A stretch of 64,000 nucleotides of DNA from positions 767,825 through 831,824 of the forward strand of contig JAWQFM010000003.1 of NCBI GenBank assembly GCA_033442325.1. Reading direction: 5' to 3'. The translations under genes and the position numbers were made by a program. Under the pieces are notes generated by a model. The model made no database searches. It worked only from the letters and a program-made list of their open reading frames with translations, and was not told where the DNA came from. The stretch comes from Salpingoeca rosetta. Lineage: Eukaryota; Protista; Choanoflagellata. This document shows positions 13,364 through 33,609 of this stretch, piece by piece. The first letter of the stretch is position 1, and each line of letters starts with the position of its first letter.

Positions 13364-15761
13364 AACTCTCTCTCTGCAGTTGCATGTTGCTTGGGTCCTC
13401 ACATGCACTGTTGATTGGCCTTGTTGGTTGCATATACTCACTGCTACCCGTACTTTCTGCCTTGTTGGTTGCAGTGCCAAGGACGGGGACCCGTCTGCTT
13501 TTCTTCCGCTGATCCACTACGCACTCCTTGTATACTCCCACCCTTTCTCGGTGGACTTGGCAGAGCGAGGATACGACCTGTACGCCAAGAGCGACCTCCG
13601 TTTTATGGAAGGCGTCTACAAGGTGTGACAACGACGAGGGTTTTGCTGCTTGGTCGCTCATTTGGGCCCTGCTTGCTGATCAGAAGATGTGAAAATGCAA
13701 GTGGCGGAGTCTTCCCGCTTGCAGCAGTTGGCTCGCGCGTGTGCCCCTCCTCTGCGAGTCTGCAAGTGCGGCCTTCGTTTCGCGTGCTCAAGACGAGACC
13801 TTGCATGGTTAACAAACCAACAGGTGCTTCGAGATGAGCTCAAGTACAGCCCGCGCATCAACAAGCAGCAGTTCTTTCAAAAGGGCTTTGCAGAGCTGAA
13901 GATGATCATGACCGTTGAAATTATTGAAGAGGTGCTCAAGCGCCACAGGGAACTCATGAGACAGAACAAACTCGTGAGTTATGTGGAGTTGTCTGCATGT
14001 GTGTGTGCGTGTGTGCGTGTGTGTTTGTCTGCATGTCTGCATGTCTGCATGTGTGTGCGTGTGCGTTTTGGACGTGCGCACACATGCGTGTTGGCATGGT
14101 GTGTACGAGACGGCTTGCATATGCGCGTGCGTTTTGCATGTGCACACATACGACGCGTGTGGGCAGGCGTGTGCATGTGCGTTCCAGGCATGGCCACATG
14201 TGTTAGTCAAAGTGCACTTGGTGTGGTTCTTTTCCTGTGCTCTTGTGTGTATCTTCGCTCATGCGCCCATGGACGACTCCCCCTCCTCGTGACTACAGGG
14301 GCTGCGGCGGCTCTCAGGAACCCACCGTGCATATGTGGAGCAGCTCATGTCCCAAGCCAACCCATCATCACCAGCATCAGCTGCACCGCACACGATACCC
14401 TCAAATTCAGCGACTGCCTCACCACCACTGAATGCACCCAAAGCAGTACCAGCGCCAACGTCTGCAGATACAAGCGCGCTTGCCAGCATATCACATCAAG
14501 GCGGCGAGAAGCGCTACGACTCGTCGGTGTACACAACGCCACCTGCACTGCGAGACAACGCTGTTGACAGGCAGCCGCACGTCTCGTTCCGCGACACAGT
14601 CTCGTACGTCAACGCAACACCTGTACAACGCAGCCGCAACAATGGTCGTGACACTCATGTCGGTGGTGCCAACGGCGTCAACGGTGCTTCTGATGACGCT
14701 GATGATGACGACGACGATGTTGGTGACGGTGGTGTTGGTAGTGGCAGGGGTGCCGGCGGCCTTCACGGTGCCTTCAGCCACGAGCTGGCCACTAGCACTG
14801 CAGGTGCACGTGGTTCCTCCGCCGTGCATGCGCAGAGACACAATCGAAGCGGCCCCAGTCACGACCAGCGGGCGTGGGGGCACGACGGGGCTACAGGGCG
14901 TCAGCCAGATCAGCACGCAGACACGCGGGCAACGCACGGTCTGCAGGGCGGAACGAGCCGTGACGGGCGTGATGGCGCGCTACCACGTGTGCAGGTGGCT
15001 GAGATGAGTGCGCTTGGTGCGCAGGCGCTGGCTGATTTAACGGCACGTATGTCGCAGCTGTCTTCACGCATGGACGGCATTGCTCGCCGCCACCAAGGTG
15101 CGCTGTGGAGGTGGGGTGTGAGAGTGTGGTGTGGGTCCGGGGTGTGCGTGTGCGTGTGCGTGTGCGTTTGTTTGTGGTTGTGCGTGTGCGTGTGCGTTTG
15201 TTTGTGGTTGTGCGTGTGCGTTTGTTTGTGGTTGTGCGTGTGCGTTTGTGTCACACTATGCGTGTGCGAGCGTACCATGTGTAAATTGCCCTGCGTGCTT
15301 GTTTATGTCGTGTGTGGGTGCAATTTCGTTCTTATGATTGATTGGTTGTGTTTCCAGGTGTGTATCCAGGAGCAATCCAAGAACAGCAGCACCAGCAGTC
15401 TCAGCAGCAGCAGCAACCCCGACCACCACCACAGACGCTATTGCCACAGCACCTTTCCCATGAGCAGCAGCACGAACAGAGGGCTGTGTTTCACTCTTCT
15501 CAGCAACCTGTGACGCAGGCGTGGGCACCCTCCACACCACACCCCGCAGTACCGGAACATTCCAATACGTCATTGCAGCAACCAATGTCTGAGGTGCGTT
15601 ACACCAGTGGCCAATGAATTGCGTCGCATTAAGCTGAGCGTATGCTGTTGGCACCTCAAACACGCTCCCTAGACACAAATGCACATGAACTCAAAGACCA
15701 CCCCCTCTATTGCACCGCACACACACGCACACGCACACGCACACACACGCACACGCACACG

Positions 15762-15828
<67 letters not shown>

Positions 15829-16713
15829 TCCATCCATCCATCCATCTCTCTGTGTGCCTCCAACAGGTGCTGGCTGCGGTGCTGCGGCGGGTGGATGCTG
15901 TTGAGCGGTCTGTGGATGACATGAGGCAGGACTTCGCGGCGAAACTCGTCCTCCTCGAGTCAAAGCTGCAGTACCTTGAGCAACAGCAGGTGGGCGCTCG
16001 CAGGAGGCAGAGACAGAGGCAGAGAGAGAGAGAGAATGTGTTCGTGGGTTTGCGTGTGTGTATGTGATTGAGTGTGCGTTTCGTGGTTGTTTGGCTGTGT
16101 GAGCGTCTGTCTGAGTGGTTGTGTATATGTGTGCGTGGGTGTTGATACTGTATAAGGCTCTACATTCCCACGTCACAGCACCTCTATCAGCATGCATGCC
16201 AGCCATCCAAATACTCAACATGTTCTGCTTCCCATTGTCCGACCGCGTGGCCGGCTGTTCTAGGCGTATTCCTTGCTTCGGCCATCCCAGGGTTCTCCAT
16301 CGAAAGCCTCGCAGGCGCCAGCATTCAGTGCCAACATGATTCCCACCAATAGCACCACCACTGTTGCCGGCAGCAGAGGCACTGCAGTCGCAAGCATTGG
16401 AGGCAGTGTCGAACACGCCCTTCAAGGTCCTCAACGTGGCGTAGGTGATGGTTGGTTTACTGCGGCCTTTTCACCATCATCGCACACACGTACAACTGGG
16501 CCTGCAGAGCCATCAACAGCAACAGCAGCAACAGCGCCAACAGCAGCTTGGGGTCCCGTTGCTGCTGCCAATTCCCCACAGCTGCTGCCGTCCGCTGTGC
16601 TGCCGCCCACGGGTCCCGGTCGTGATGGGCTCATGAGCCGCCATGACATTCCTCAACGCCAGCGCACGATGGACACACGTACAGCTGCTTCGCCTCTTCA
16701 ACAGACGTATCAC

Positions 16714-16766
<53 letters not shown>

Positions 16767-17482
16767 TGTTGCAGGTGATGGAGGTGACGCGCTTGAGCGA
16801 GAGGTTGAGCTGTCGAGGTCACTGCTGTCGTCTGTGCGAGGACCGGGGCAAACACGAGGCCACAGCAACGATATCCCGCTACAGCAGCAACAACAACAGC
16901 AACAACGACGACAAGAACAGCAGCAGCAACAACAAGAACAACAAGAACAACAACAGGAACAGCAGCAGCAGCAGCAACAAGAACAGCAAGATCAGTATTT
17001 ACGATTCCCCCAAGGGAAAATCATCCAGACCAAGGAGGAGGTGTTGGCAACACAGCAGCAAACACCATGGGAGCAGCTGTTCAAGGTTTGTCATGAGTGG
17101 TGTCTGATGTAAGCTGTTGTGAGAGCGCTGTTCATATTGAATGTTGATGAATGTTCATGGCCACATGTGAAGTTTCATGTGAACCATTTCATGAGAGGCC
17201 AACTGCAATACTAATGACCTTGGCTGCACATCCTCATCCTCACAGAACGAGTCCTCGGTCCACGGCGCCACGATGACGACCGGCGTTGGTTCCTCAACGG
17301 CCCGCGCGAACGAACGGCCACACCAGCCACCACAGTCCCCACCTTCGCCCCCGTCGCAACGAGAAGCGACGTCTGTTGTTGCCACGCCGCCCCGCTCGCC
17401 ATATCGGCTCTTCAATCCACCCGCTACGAGCAGCCCAAAGCGCAGGAATGCACGCACGCGCACGCGCAACTTGCTGGGATGA
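13114..17482 (+). CDS. CEP44: Centrosomal protein CEP44
   Basis: Exons 13114-13202, 13475-13622 and 13824-13973 give [22 protein letters not shown]...[16 protein letters not shown]...[41 protein letters not shown], matching the recalled CEP44 N-terminal domain. A long Q-rich and coiled-coil tail follows (exons ~14299-15097, 15358-15593, 15867-15989, 16264-17085, 17246-17482). Confidence 0.88.
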
Positions 17483-17734
17483 CGGCATGGCAGTGTGGTC
17501 TATATGCGCGTGTGCGTGCGCGTGTACATGTGGGCTTATTAGGCAAGATGGGAGGTTGTGGGGGTGGGGACAGTGCGCTGGTGCAAGTGTATATGTTCTG
17601 CACATGTACGTCCTTACTTCGCACAGTGGCCACCGTCGTAGCTTCTTTGTACTGTATAGAACGATCATGGCCAGAGCAAGTCAAACTGGCGCGCACACAA
17701 CGCGTGGTGTGGCAGTCATACCAGTCAACCAACC

Positions 17735-17824
<90 letters not shown>

Positions 17825-18071
17825 TGTTGGGTACATCAACACGCGTTGGCCAACGAAACAGTGGGTTAACAAGATGGCAGGTGCATCACAAGTCAGATGT
17901 TGTTGGACCTGCAGGGGTAACGGCCCCATGGGCCTTTGTGGTCGACTAGCTCGCACGCAATCAAAGGTGAACGTGCATGTGGAATGAACAGGTGGTGATG
18001 TGATTGGCAGAGGGAGGTTTGGTTTGTTGGTCTGTAATAGACTGGTCTTGGTCAGCTTGTAGGCATCACAG

Positions 18072-18972
18072 TCACGGCAGTTGCCGTTCAAGGTCATTCA
18101 TGAGTGCGCAGAAGTCGTCAAAGTCGACGGCGTCATCGTCCGCATATCCTTTCGAGTGCAGGAACTCCTCCAATGCAGCCTGCGTGTTCGTGTGTGTGAG
18201 GAGATAGGGGGGAGCATGGTGAACGTCCTGCTGAAAGGAGGACACAGCATACCAGCGCAGCCGAAGCTTCGGCGTTAAACACACATGTACGTGCACATAC
18301 ACGAGACACAAATGTATACACCCACAGACACCCAGACAGGCACGACACAGACACAGACACAGACACACATACACACACGGACCTGAGTGACTTGAAAAGG
18401 TAGGCGTTGATGGGACTTGGTAATTTCACTGCAGGTGACCTTGTCATCCTTGTTCAAATCCATGAGTTGAAACACCTTTCCAAGCTCCTGCAAACAGCGT
18501 GATCACAAATGTGCACGCAATCATGAGTTGTGTCCGTGAATGAACGCGTGTGAACGTACGCGGTGTGTGCGTGTGCGTGTGCATGCTCTTAACGTACGCG
18601 CATGCGCACAGCACAGCTCGGCTATCAGCGAGTCAAAGGCAAATAGACTTGTTGGATGCGTTGTTTGGTTCTTTTTTCAAAGCTGCGCACCATCGTGCAC
18701 GTGAGCGCGCACCTTGCGATTTGGCTCAAACATTGCCAGAGGCGCCATGCCAATCAGACACCCGATTGTAATGCCGAGGATGCTGGAGATGAGCAACACA
18801 GAAGCACACACACATGTGAGCTACAGGTAGGAAGACCATGTGTACACTCGCACACGTACATGGACACAACACCACAAAACCAAGTACTTGTTGCGCAAGC
18901 AAAGGTGCAAAAAGATGTACGGGCAGACAGAAGTACAGACATGCAACAAACAAACTAACACAGACAGACAGG

Positions 18973-19070
<98 letters not shown>

Positions 19071-20389
19071 ACACACACGCACACACACACACACACACGA
19101 CAGGAAAGTAGACGTGTAGTTCTGTTGGTTCACACCTTGCTAATGCCATGACACGGCGACACTGTGGCAAGACGAGCTGCTCTGGTGAAAGACCTGACTC
19201 TGGGATTCCGATCTTGCTTGCCATGGCCTCGATGGTGTTGCTGAGCCCAAGGCCAACCACATCCGAGCACAGGTTACCGAGGCCTGCTGCTGCCATGGTG
19301 GATAGTCTGAACGACGTGCCAATCACGCTATCAATGCTCTCTCCAGCCATGATCATGATGAAGTTGTCTGCGAATCCAAATCCAATCATGGGAACAGCAT
19401 GCCGCATCCCCAAGACCATCAACTGCACGTTGACAGCGACAAGGTTGAGTAAGGTGAGTGGGGTGGGTAAGGTGAGTAAGGTGAGTGGGGAGAGTCAGCA
19501 AGTTCGTGGGATGAGGTGAGGGACAAGTGCATTCAGGTTTCAAGTCAAGCTCACCTGTCGAGCGGTTGGTGCTTCTACACTTGCAGCAGCGTTCACAGAT
19601 GAGTGCCAAGCAGCAAACTCTCTGTGCAGAAAACCCAACAACAAACCATTTTTAAAACACAAAGCGCCTTTGAGCTGGAACGAGCAAGTCATGGGCCTGT
19701 GTACACAAACACATACCAGGAGCTTATGGCGTACACACACACACAGACATGCACACGCACCCACGAACATGCAGACACACACACACACACAAATACACAC
19801 ACGAACATGCAGACACACACACACACACAAATACACACACGAACATGCAGACACACACACACACAAATACACACACACACACAGGCATGTTCACACACAT
19901 ACGCAGGTACGCAGACACAGGCATGCACACACGCACACACAAAGTTGTCAAGAGGTCGCACTTTTGGCAGATGACGCCGTCTTTGTTCAAATCCATGCTG
20001 GCGAACGCTCGTTCTGCCTGCATTCTCTCTTCCGCCCCCAACGAGCCCGATAGCGCCGCCACAACTTTGGTTTTTGCAGCTGTGGGCATGGCCTTGAAGA
20101 GCCGCTGCAGGTCCTCGGCGCGCATCGCGTCCAGCTTGCGCCCAAAGTCAACCGTCTGCTTGTAATTCTTCATGTCATGGGACAAGCGCGCATGCCAGTG
20201 CCCGCGCCGCACAGTTGCCCGTAGGCACAACTGAGCACCGCCCTGAATAAGCCTGCCAACACCCGTGTGCATCTGCTTCATCGCGATCCGCCATGTTGTC
20301 GCACCAACCGCTGTTGGTCCCGCCACTGTAGCTGCTGTAGCTGCTACAGCCACTCTCGGTGCTGCTGACAAGAAGGCACTCATCAGCAT
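18072..20389 (-). CDS. TMEM65: TMEM65-family mitochondrial inner-membrane protein with N- and C-terminal EF-hands
   Basis: Six phase-compatible exons. They encode an Ala/Arg-rich presequence, EF loop DLNKDGVICQKE, the TMEM65 core (AVPMIGFGFADNFIMIMAGESID..LSTMAAAGLGNLCSDVVGLG..ILGITIGCLIGMAPL), then EF loop DLNKDDKVTCSE and a degenerate ADDDAVDFDDF. Confidence 0.88.
18960..19066 (+). repeat. (GACA)n microsatellite in a TMEM65 intron
   Basis: Directly visible. Confidence 0.95.
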
Positions 20390-20490
20390 GTTCCGCGACG
20401 CCGACGCAAGTTCTGATGATTTGCAATGATTCCCGGTAATTATCAGCAACCACGCACGCACGTAAACCTGCACCATCAACAACAACCACC

Positions 20491-22167
20491 ATGCTGCGTC
20501 TCGGTTTGTGTTGGACTCGCAGATGTTGTCATGGTGTTGCGGTGACAACACCCACGGCGTTGGCACCAGCATCGTCACAACACAGGGCGCTGAGCGGTGC
20601 CGCTTGCAGTGAAAGCAGAACAAGAAGAAGAATACGTGGATGCTCCACTGTTGTGTGTGACCGCAGTGGGAGTTTGATGAGTGCGTGGTCTCTGCCACGA
20701 TCGCACGCTGCGCCACGGCTACACCAGCACCACCAACAGCAGCAGCCTGTGCACAGCAGCGCGCCGAGAGCCACCTACTCCACGCATGCTGTCCCCCCAA
20801 CAAATGAAATGCACCCCTGTGAACAAGGCGAAGTGCAGCAGCAGCAGCAGCAACAACAACAACAACAGTCACAGGAGCATGGTCGGCCGCGAGTGCACAA
20901 ACGTGGAGAGGGTGCACAGCTCAACTCCCGTCAACGGCGGCAGCACGGCAGCAGAAGTCAGAGTGATGAGGTTTCTTCTGTGCAAGAGACAATATACAAG
21001 TTACTACAACAGGGCCAGTTCTCTGAAGCCATTGGGCTGTGTCACACCAGCAAGCTGAGGAGGTTCTACACCAAGACGGCGTGGTATCAGCTCACTGGCA
21101 TGCAGTTGGGCAAATCCATCGAGGCGGCCAAGGCATTTGTGGAGGCAACGCCGCCAAGGCTGGCGCACCCCATCATCTTGCCTTACCTGCAGTTGCTGCT
21201 GCACCAGCTGGATCCACCAATCACGGAGGGCCCGATGCCGTGGCTACAGATGCCCTTGTTTGACCGGTCCCCGTTTGTTCGCATTCCAGGGACGCCAGAC
21301 TCCAGCGTGCGGCCCGACGTGCTGTCTCTCTTGCACCTGTGCGCGGAGCGGGGCGCTGTGACAAAGCCCGACGGCGGCGTGCTCCTCGACACGTGCAAGA
21401 GGTGGGACACGCGCACGGAGACGGCGATGACGTTGCTGAGAAACGGGATTGGGGTGCACCCACGCGTGTACAACGCCATGCTGACAGCATACAAGGACAG
21501 CGGCGACCACGCCAGGTGGCAAGCACTAAGCGCCTTGCTCGTCAAGCACAACTTGCTCAACACGCAGCTGACGACATCCCTTCTCTCTATCATGTCCAAG
21601 GACGTGGACACGTACGCTCCAGAGCACATGCTTGCCGTTTTCAAGGCAGAGCGGAAGCCGAACGTGCGCACGTACACGGCGCTGCTTGATGGGATGGCGC
21701 GGCGTGGGGAAGTGGACACCGCACTGGAGATCCTGCAGGTGATGCAGAAGAGCAGCATGAAGCCAAACGCCATCACCTTCTCCCTTGCGGCGCTGGCGTG
21801 TGCGCGCAGCAACCGCACACACGCGCTTGTGCAGGTCCTCAACATGATGCACGCGCATGGTATGAGCATCTCCACGGACGTATTCGCCTCCATCATCGCC
21901 AACGTCGCCGCGCACAGCACGCTGACAGAGACGGACCGGGTCTGGGATCTGTGCACGGGCGCGTTTGGTGTTGTTCCTGACGTCCGCTGCTACACAGGCA
22001 TCATCCATGCCCACCTTCTTCGGAGCCAGCACCACCGCGCTGTGGACTACATTGCGGATATGCACGCACGTGGTGTGAAGCCCGACGGTCCACTGCGCCG
22101 CCTCATCAAGCGCAAGCTCCCCTCGGATTACGCCCACATGGTTCACAGCCGCGGCCAGGCCACATAA
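20491..22167 (+). CDS. Pentatricopeptide-repeat (PPR) protein, probably mitochondrial
   Basis: Intronless 558-aa ORF with PPR motifs PRVYNAMLTAY, PNVRTYTALLDGMARRGEVDTALEILQVM, PNAITFSLAALAC and PDVRCYTGIIHAHL..GVKPD. The N-terminus is Arg/Ser-rich. Confidence 0.9.
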   Translation: MLRLGLCWTRRCCHGVAVTTPTALAPASSQHRALSGAACSESRTRRRIRGCSTVVCDRSGSLMSAWSLPRSHAAPRLHQHHQQQQPVHSSAPRATYSTHAVPPTNEMHPCEQGEVQQQQQQQQQQQSQEHGRPRVHKRGEGAQLNSRQRRQHGSRSQSDEVSSVQETIYKLLQQGQFSEAIGLCHTSKLRRFYTKTAWYQLTGMQLGKSIEAAKAFVEATPPRLAHPIILPYLQLLLHQLDPPITEGPMPWLQMPLFDRSPFVRIPGTPDSSVRPDVLSLLHLCAERGAVTKPDGGVLLDTCKRWDTRTETAMTLLRNGIGVHPRVYNAMLTAYKDSGDHARWQALSALLVKHNLLNTQLTTSLLSIMSKDVDTYAPEHMLAVFKAERKPNVRTYTALLDGMARRGEVDTALEILQVMQKSSMKPNAITFSLAALACARSNRTHALVQVLNMMHAHGMSISTDVFASIIANVAAHSTLTETDRVWDLCTGAFGVVPDVRCYTGIIHAHLLRSQHHRAVDYIADMHARGVKPDGPLRRLIKRKLPSDYAHMVHSRGQAT

Positions 22168-22360
22168 TTGAAATGCGTATGTGTGTGTGTGTGTGTGTGT
22201 GTGGACGTTGTGTGGACGTGTGTGTGCTCTCATGACATGTCTTGTCGCTGCCAATCCATCAGCTCGAAGACAAACGACTTGGCAATTTGGGGAGCTTGAA
22301 GCGGTGTGTAGGCGAGCAAGCGACTCAACACCAGCGTGTTGTGTTGTTTCATCTTAGCAT

Positions 22361-29010
<6,650 letters not shown>

Positions 29011-29186
29011 CACCAATAACCACAAGCCTTTGTTTGCACCCTTCACCTCCTCCTCTTGACTCACACACACCACCTTCCCTCGCTTCCGTCAGCAGCGAAA
29101 ATCGTGAGAAGATAACCATCACTTTTCCCAACTTTGCTCGACTTTTTGTTGCTTCGTCCACTGCCAACAACACACAAACAACGATC

Positions 29187-30015
29187 ATGAGCGACGACCC
29201 AGCCACGAAGAAGGCCAAGCTCTCGCACGAAGAGCGCCTGGACCGCCTGACCAAGGCGCAAGAGCGAGGTATGAGTGAGTGAGTGAGTGTGTGCGTGCGT
29301 GAGTGAGTGAGTGAGTGAGTGAGTGAGTGAGTGAGTGTGTGTCTGTGATTGAGTGAGTGTGTGAGTGAGTGTGTGAGTGTGTGTGTCTGTGCGTGAATGA
29401 GTGAGTGTGTGTGTGAGAGAGAGAGAGAGTGAGTGAGTGAGTGAGTGAGTGAGTGAGAGCGTGAGTGAGTGAGTGAGTGAGTGAGTGAGTGAGTGAGTGA
29501 GTGAGTGAGTGAGTGAGTGAGTGAGTGAGTGAGTGAGTGAGTGAGTGAGTGAGTGAGTGAGTGAGTGAGTGAGTGAGTGAGCGCGACTGAGCGACTGAGG
29601 TTGCCCGAGTGGAATTGGCCGAGGTTACACGCTTGTGCTTTTATGCAAGTATCAAAACGCCCAACACCCACCACATCCACACACTTGTGCCCTCTCTTTT
29701 GGCTCTCCCCTTTCTGCCAACCACACACACACATACACTCAGTTGTTTATTCACACTAACGCACACACTTGCACAGGATGGAAGCTGCAGAAAGACCGCG
29801 ATGCCATTGAGAAGAGCTTCAACTTCAAGGACTTCAGTGAGGCCTGGGCCTTTATGAGCCGTGTCGCACTCAAGGCCGAGGAGCTGTGCCACCACCCTGA
29901 GTGGTTCAACGTGTACAACCGCCTGGACGTGACGCTGAGCACACACGACGTGAGCGGCCTCTCTGCCAAGGACTTTACCATGGCCGAGTTCATGGACTCT
30001 CTCACGGGCAAGTGA
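29187..30015 (+). CDS. PCBD: Pterin-4-alpha-carbinolamine dehydratase (PCD/DCoH)
   Basis: Exons 29187-29268 and 29777-30015. They give [60 protein letters not shown], with the HHPEW motif. Confidence 0.95.
29273..29580 (+). repeat. (GAGT)n microsatellite in the PCBD intron
   Basis: Tandem GAGT/GTGA units are directly visible. Confidence 0.95.
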
Positions 30016-30942
30016 TGATGTACTCACAGCAACACAGCAAGTTGGCGTCGGCCAGAGGAAGCGTCATGAGATGCGTCCATCGCGCTTGCTTGCTTGCATG
30101 TTCTGTGGGATGGTGTCTTCTGGCTTGTTGCACTGTGCGCACCATCACTGCCGCCCTTCCGTTTTGCCGACTCGACTTTCTGTGTCCCTCCATGTGCGTG
30201 CACGCGACCGTTGACGTTGCACCACCTCGTGAGCCAGCACAACACAACACAACCGACAATTAAACAAGCCAAACCAGCCAGCGTCAACCGACTACTGAAA
30301 CCGCCCACACCATTTCAAGCTGGGCGGAATCCCAAATCGTCATACCACACAGGTTGGAGCTGACGTGACGATTTACGTTAATGTAATGAATGGCACGGGG
30401 TGGATGCAGATGTGATGAATACAGAGGGAGTCAGTCGTTTCAGAAACGTTCCTGCGTGTTTGCCTGCACTGAGTGCTCGAGCACTCACGTTCAAACAAGA
30501 AGCAAAGGAAGGCGCCTCCAAGTGCGCAAGCAATAACAGCGACAACAGCAACGCCTGGCAACAAAACAAAACAACGGCGCTGAAACACAAAAGGACGCAA
30601 GTCGAAAAGATGTCTATCTGTGTTGAACAAGTGCACACTGAAATGCGCGACTGACCGCGTGGATGAACGAACGTGCTGGAGTGAATGAACGACGAGGGGC
30701 GAGCGAGGATGAAAGAACAGACGCGCGGGGAACGGACAATGGGGTAACAGAGCAAGCCATGGGCGATGAAAGTAAGGGGCGAAGAGGAACCAAAGAGACG
30801 GATGGAAATGGAGTATCACTGACACAAAACCTTTGTCTCGTCCCCTAGGACAGCGTGTAACGTGTGGTTGAACGATGCAGCGAGTGGCGGTAGGGTGAAG
30901 AACACACATCAGGGCGGATGGGTCACTGCGCTGAGCTTGCTC

Positions 30943-31272
30943 TCACTGGAAGCAAGACAGATCCATGCTTGTAGGCAGTTGCTCATCGATGTTGAGCTCG
31001 AGGCTTTTCAGCACGTCTTCTCCGCTGCCAAGTGTGTCCCAGTTCAAATCCTCGAGGTCCTGGTTCGAGAAAAGCAGGCACGGATATGTGCACACATGGC
31101 GCGACGTGAGAAAGAGGGTAAAGCGGATGCAAAAACAGGAGATTGAGGGTTGGGGCAGTGGAAACGCGTGACACACCAACATGAATAAGCAAGCAACAAA
31201 CCAACACGAGCACACACACACCCACAGACACACACCCACCCACACACACACACACACACAGACACACACCCA

Positions 31273-31330
<58 letters not shown>

Positions 31331-33575
31331 CGAGGTGGAGGTCTGCGTCAATGCCGAGGGAGCCAAAGATGGGGTCGGGAGCAGTGGACGTGTCCTTGAG
31401 TCCACCACGTTCGTCCAGCGTCAACTGAAACGGGAGGGCGAGGTGGTCCTGTGCTTCCGCGTCGAGAAGCGGCAGCGGATCTGAGATCATGTCGCCAGAG
31501 CCAAACCCATCGGCGCTCGCAACGCGGCTGAATGATGAGTGCAGGTTGCAGGGCGTGCCTGTGTTGGTGTGCCCCTGCCCGCTCTCATCCACGTGCAGTG
31601 ACTTTGAGGGTGTGTGCGGGGCGGGCCATGTGGACGGCAGCAGACCTGCCTTGTCCGCGTCCTTGAAGAGCATGGCCGATGCCCGTCGTGGCAGGCTTGG
31701 CCCTCCCTCGCTTTGGGGAGCAGACTCGCTCTCTGCGTGCGAGCGCTTTCGGGTCTTGTTTGGCGATGGCGCGGATGCGTTGAGCAGCGAGTGCATCGTG
31801 GCGCCGCGACGCATGCGTGCACCCCCAGGCCCTTTCCGCGCCGCCCGGCTGATGCGACGCGGCGAGCCAACCTGCTGTTGCTGCTGTTGCTGCTGCTGCA
31901 ATTCATCCTGCTGGTAGTGGTGTGCACTGTCTGGGCCTTGCATGTCGACGCTGCTGCATGGGGAGCTGGCTTCCATCTGCGCCGGCATGGACGAAAGCAG
32001 GTGCTGCTGCACGTACGATTCGGGGTCGCGCGGCTGGCCGTCCACGGGCATGGCCAGGTCGTAAGGGTTGGTGCCTGCGAGCGAGTGCGACGATGATGCA
32101 GGGGACGCAGCCTGTTGCAGTTGCTGCTGCTGCTGCTCTGCAGTGGAGCTGTGCCACTGCTGTGCATGTGCGCTGGTTGCAGATGTGTTGCCCGATGCGA
32201 GCGAGTCTGCTGTCCACGGCACGGCGGCGGAGAGCGGGCTGCCAGGGGAGTCGGAGCCCGACCCAGATGTCGCCGCTGCTGTTGACGTCTCTGCCACCTC
32301 CGGCAGCTGCAGCATGTGCGCCTTGCGCTGCTTCTCGCGCTTGGCGAGTATCCTCTTCTCGCACATGACAATGTCGCGCTTCATGAGCTCGACCATGTCT
32401 GGCTTGAGGCCCCACAGGTTGCCCTTGCCGTCGTCGCTGGACGCGCGCTCCACCTTCAGGAAGAACTTGTTCAGGGAGAGGTTGTGGCGGATGGAGTTCT
32501 TCCAGCCCTTCTTGGCCGTGTTGAAGTACGGGAAGCGCGCGCAGATGTTGCGGTAGAGGTCGCCCACGGCCAGCTGCCGCTCCTCGCTGTCCAGCATGGC
32601 CATGCCGATGATGCACGGGAAAGAGAGCGGGGGCTTCTCCAGGTGGCTGCCGTCCGCTGACGTGCGGTGTTGTGCGTACCTCTGCTGCAGAGCCTCAAAG
32701 TCCTGCTGCAGTGTTGGCGACAGCTGGCGCCGGTGCAGCACAGAGTCGAGCGAGCCACCGCGCCGCATCAGCGCCCCACGAGGACGCCGCGTCTTGCTCA
32801 CACGCCCGCCACCCGTGCGGTGGACACGGACCTTGGCCGGGCTGCTGGTGGCGCTGGTGTTGCCGCTGGCGCTGCCGGGCACGGCGGCGGGCCTGTGGTA
32901 TGGGCTGTGGCCTGCCCAGACATGCTGCTGGTGGTGGTGTTGCTGTGGGTGGGCGAGATGATGCCCGTGGTGGCGTGGCTGCGGCTGTTGCATCTGCTGC
33001 TGCGTCTGCTGCTGATGTTGATACTCTTCCTCCGGGTACACGTGCTGGGGTGTGGCTTGGTAGCGCTGGAAAGGTGTGTGCTGGCTGGCGTGCGGGGAGC
33101 CTGGTCCGCCATGGTATTCGCGCTCATCAAAGGTGAAGATGTGCGGCGCAGAGTGGCGGTGCTGCTGCGGCTGTTGGTATGGCAGCTGCAAGTGGTGCTG
33201 TTGGGCATGCACGCCCTCGTCACTGCCCTCGTTGCTGCCATAAACGCCATACGCGACGGATTGTTGCTGCTGCTGCCGCTGCTGTTGGTAGTGCTGCTGC
33301 TGCTGCTGCTGCTGTTGTTGTTGGTGCTGCTGCCCAGGCGGGGCTGGTGGCGGCGGCATGAAGTGCGCGGCATCCTGCATCATGCCGAGGCGTGACGGCA
33401 TGGCTGTGCGCGAGCCTTGATAGACGTTGACCAGGCTTGCGTGGCGTGCAGGCATGGGGCGTGCGGTTGTGTGGGATGGGCTGGTCATGCCGTGGAAGGA
33501 GCTCTGGCGCAGTGGCGGCCCTCTGCTGCTGCTTCGCGGATCACTTGGCACATCGAAGTCTTGGAAGCGAGGCAC

Positions 33576-33609
<34 letters not shown>

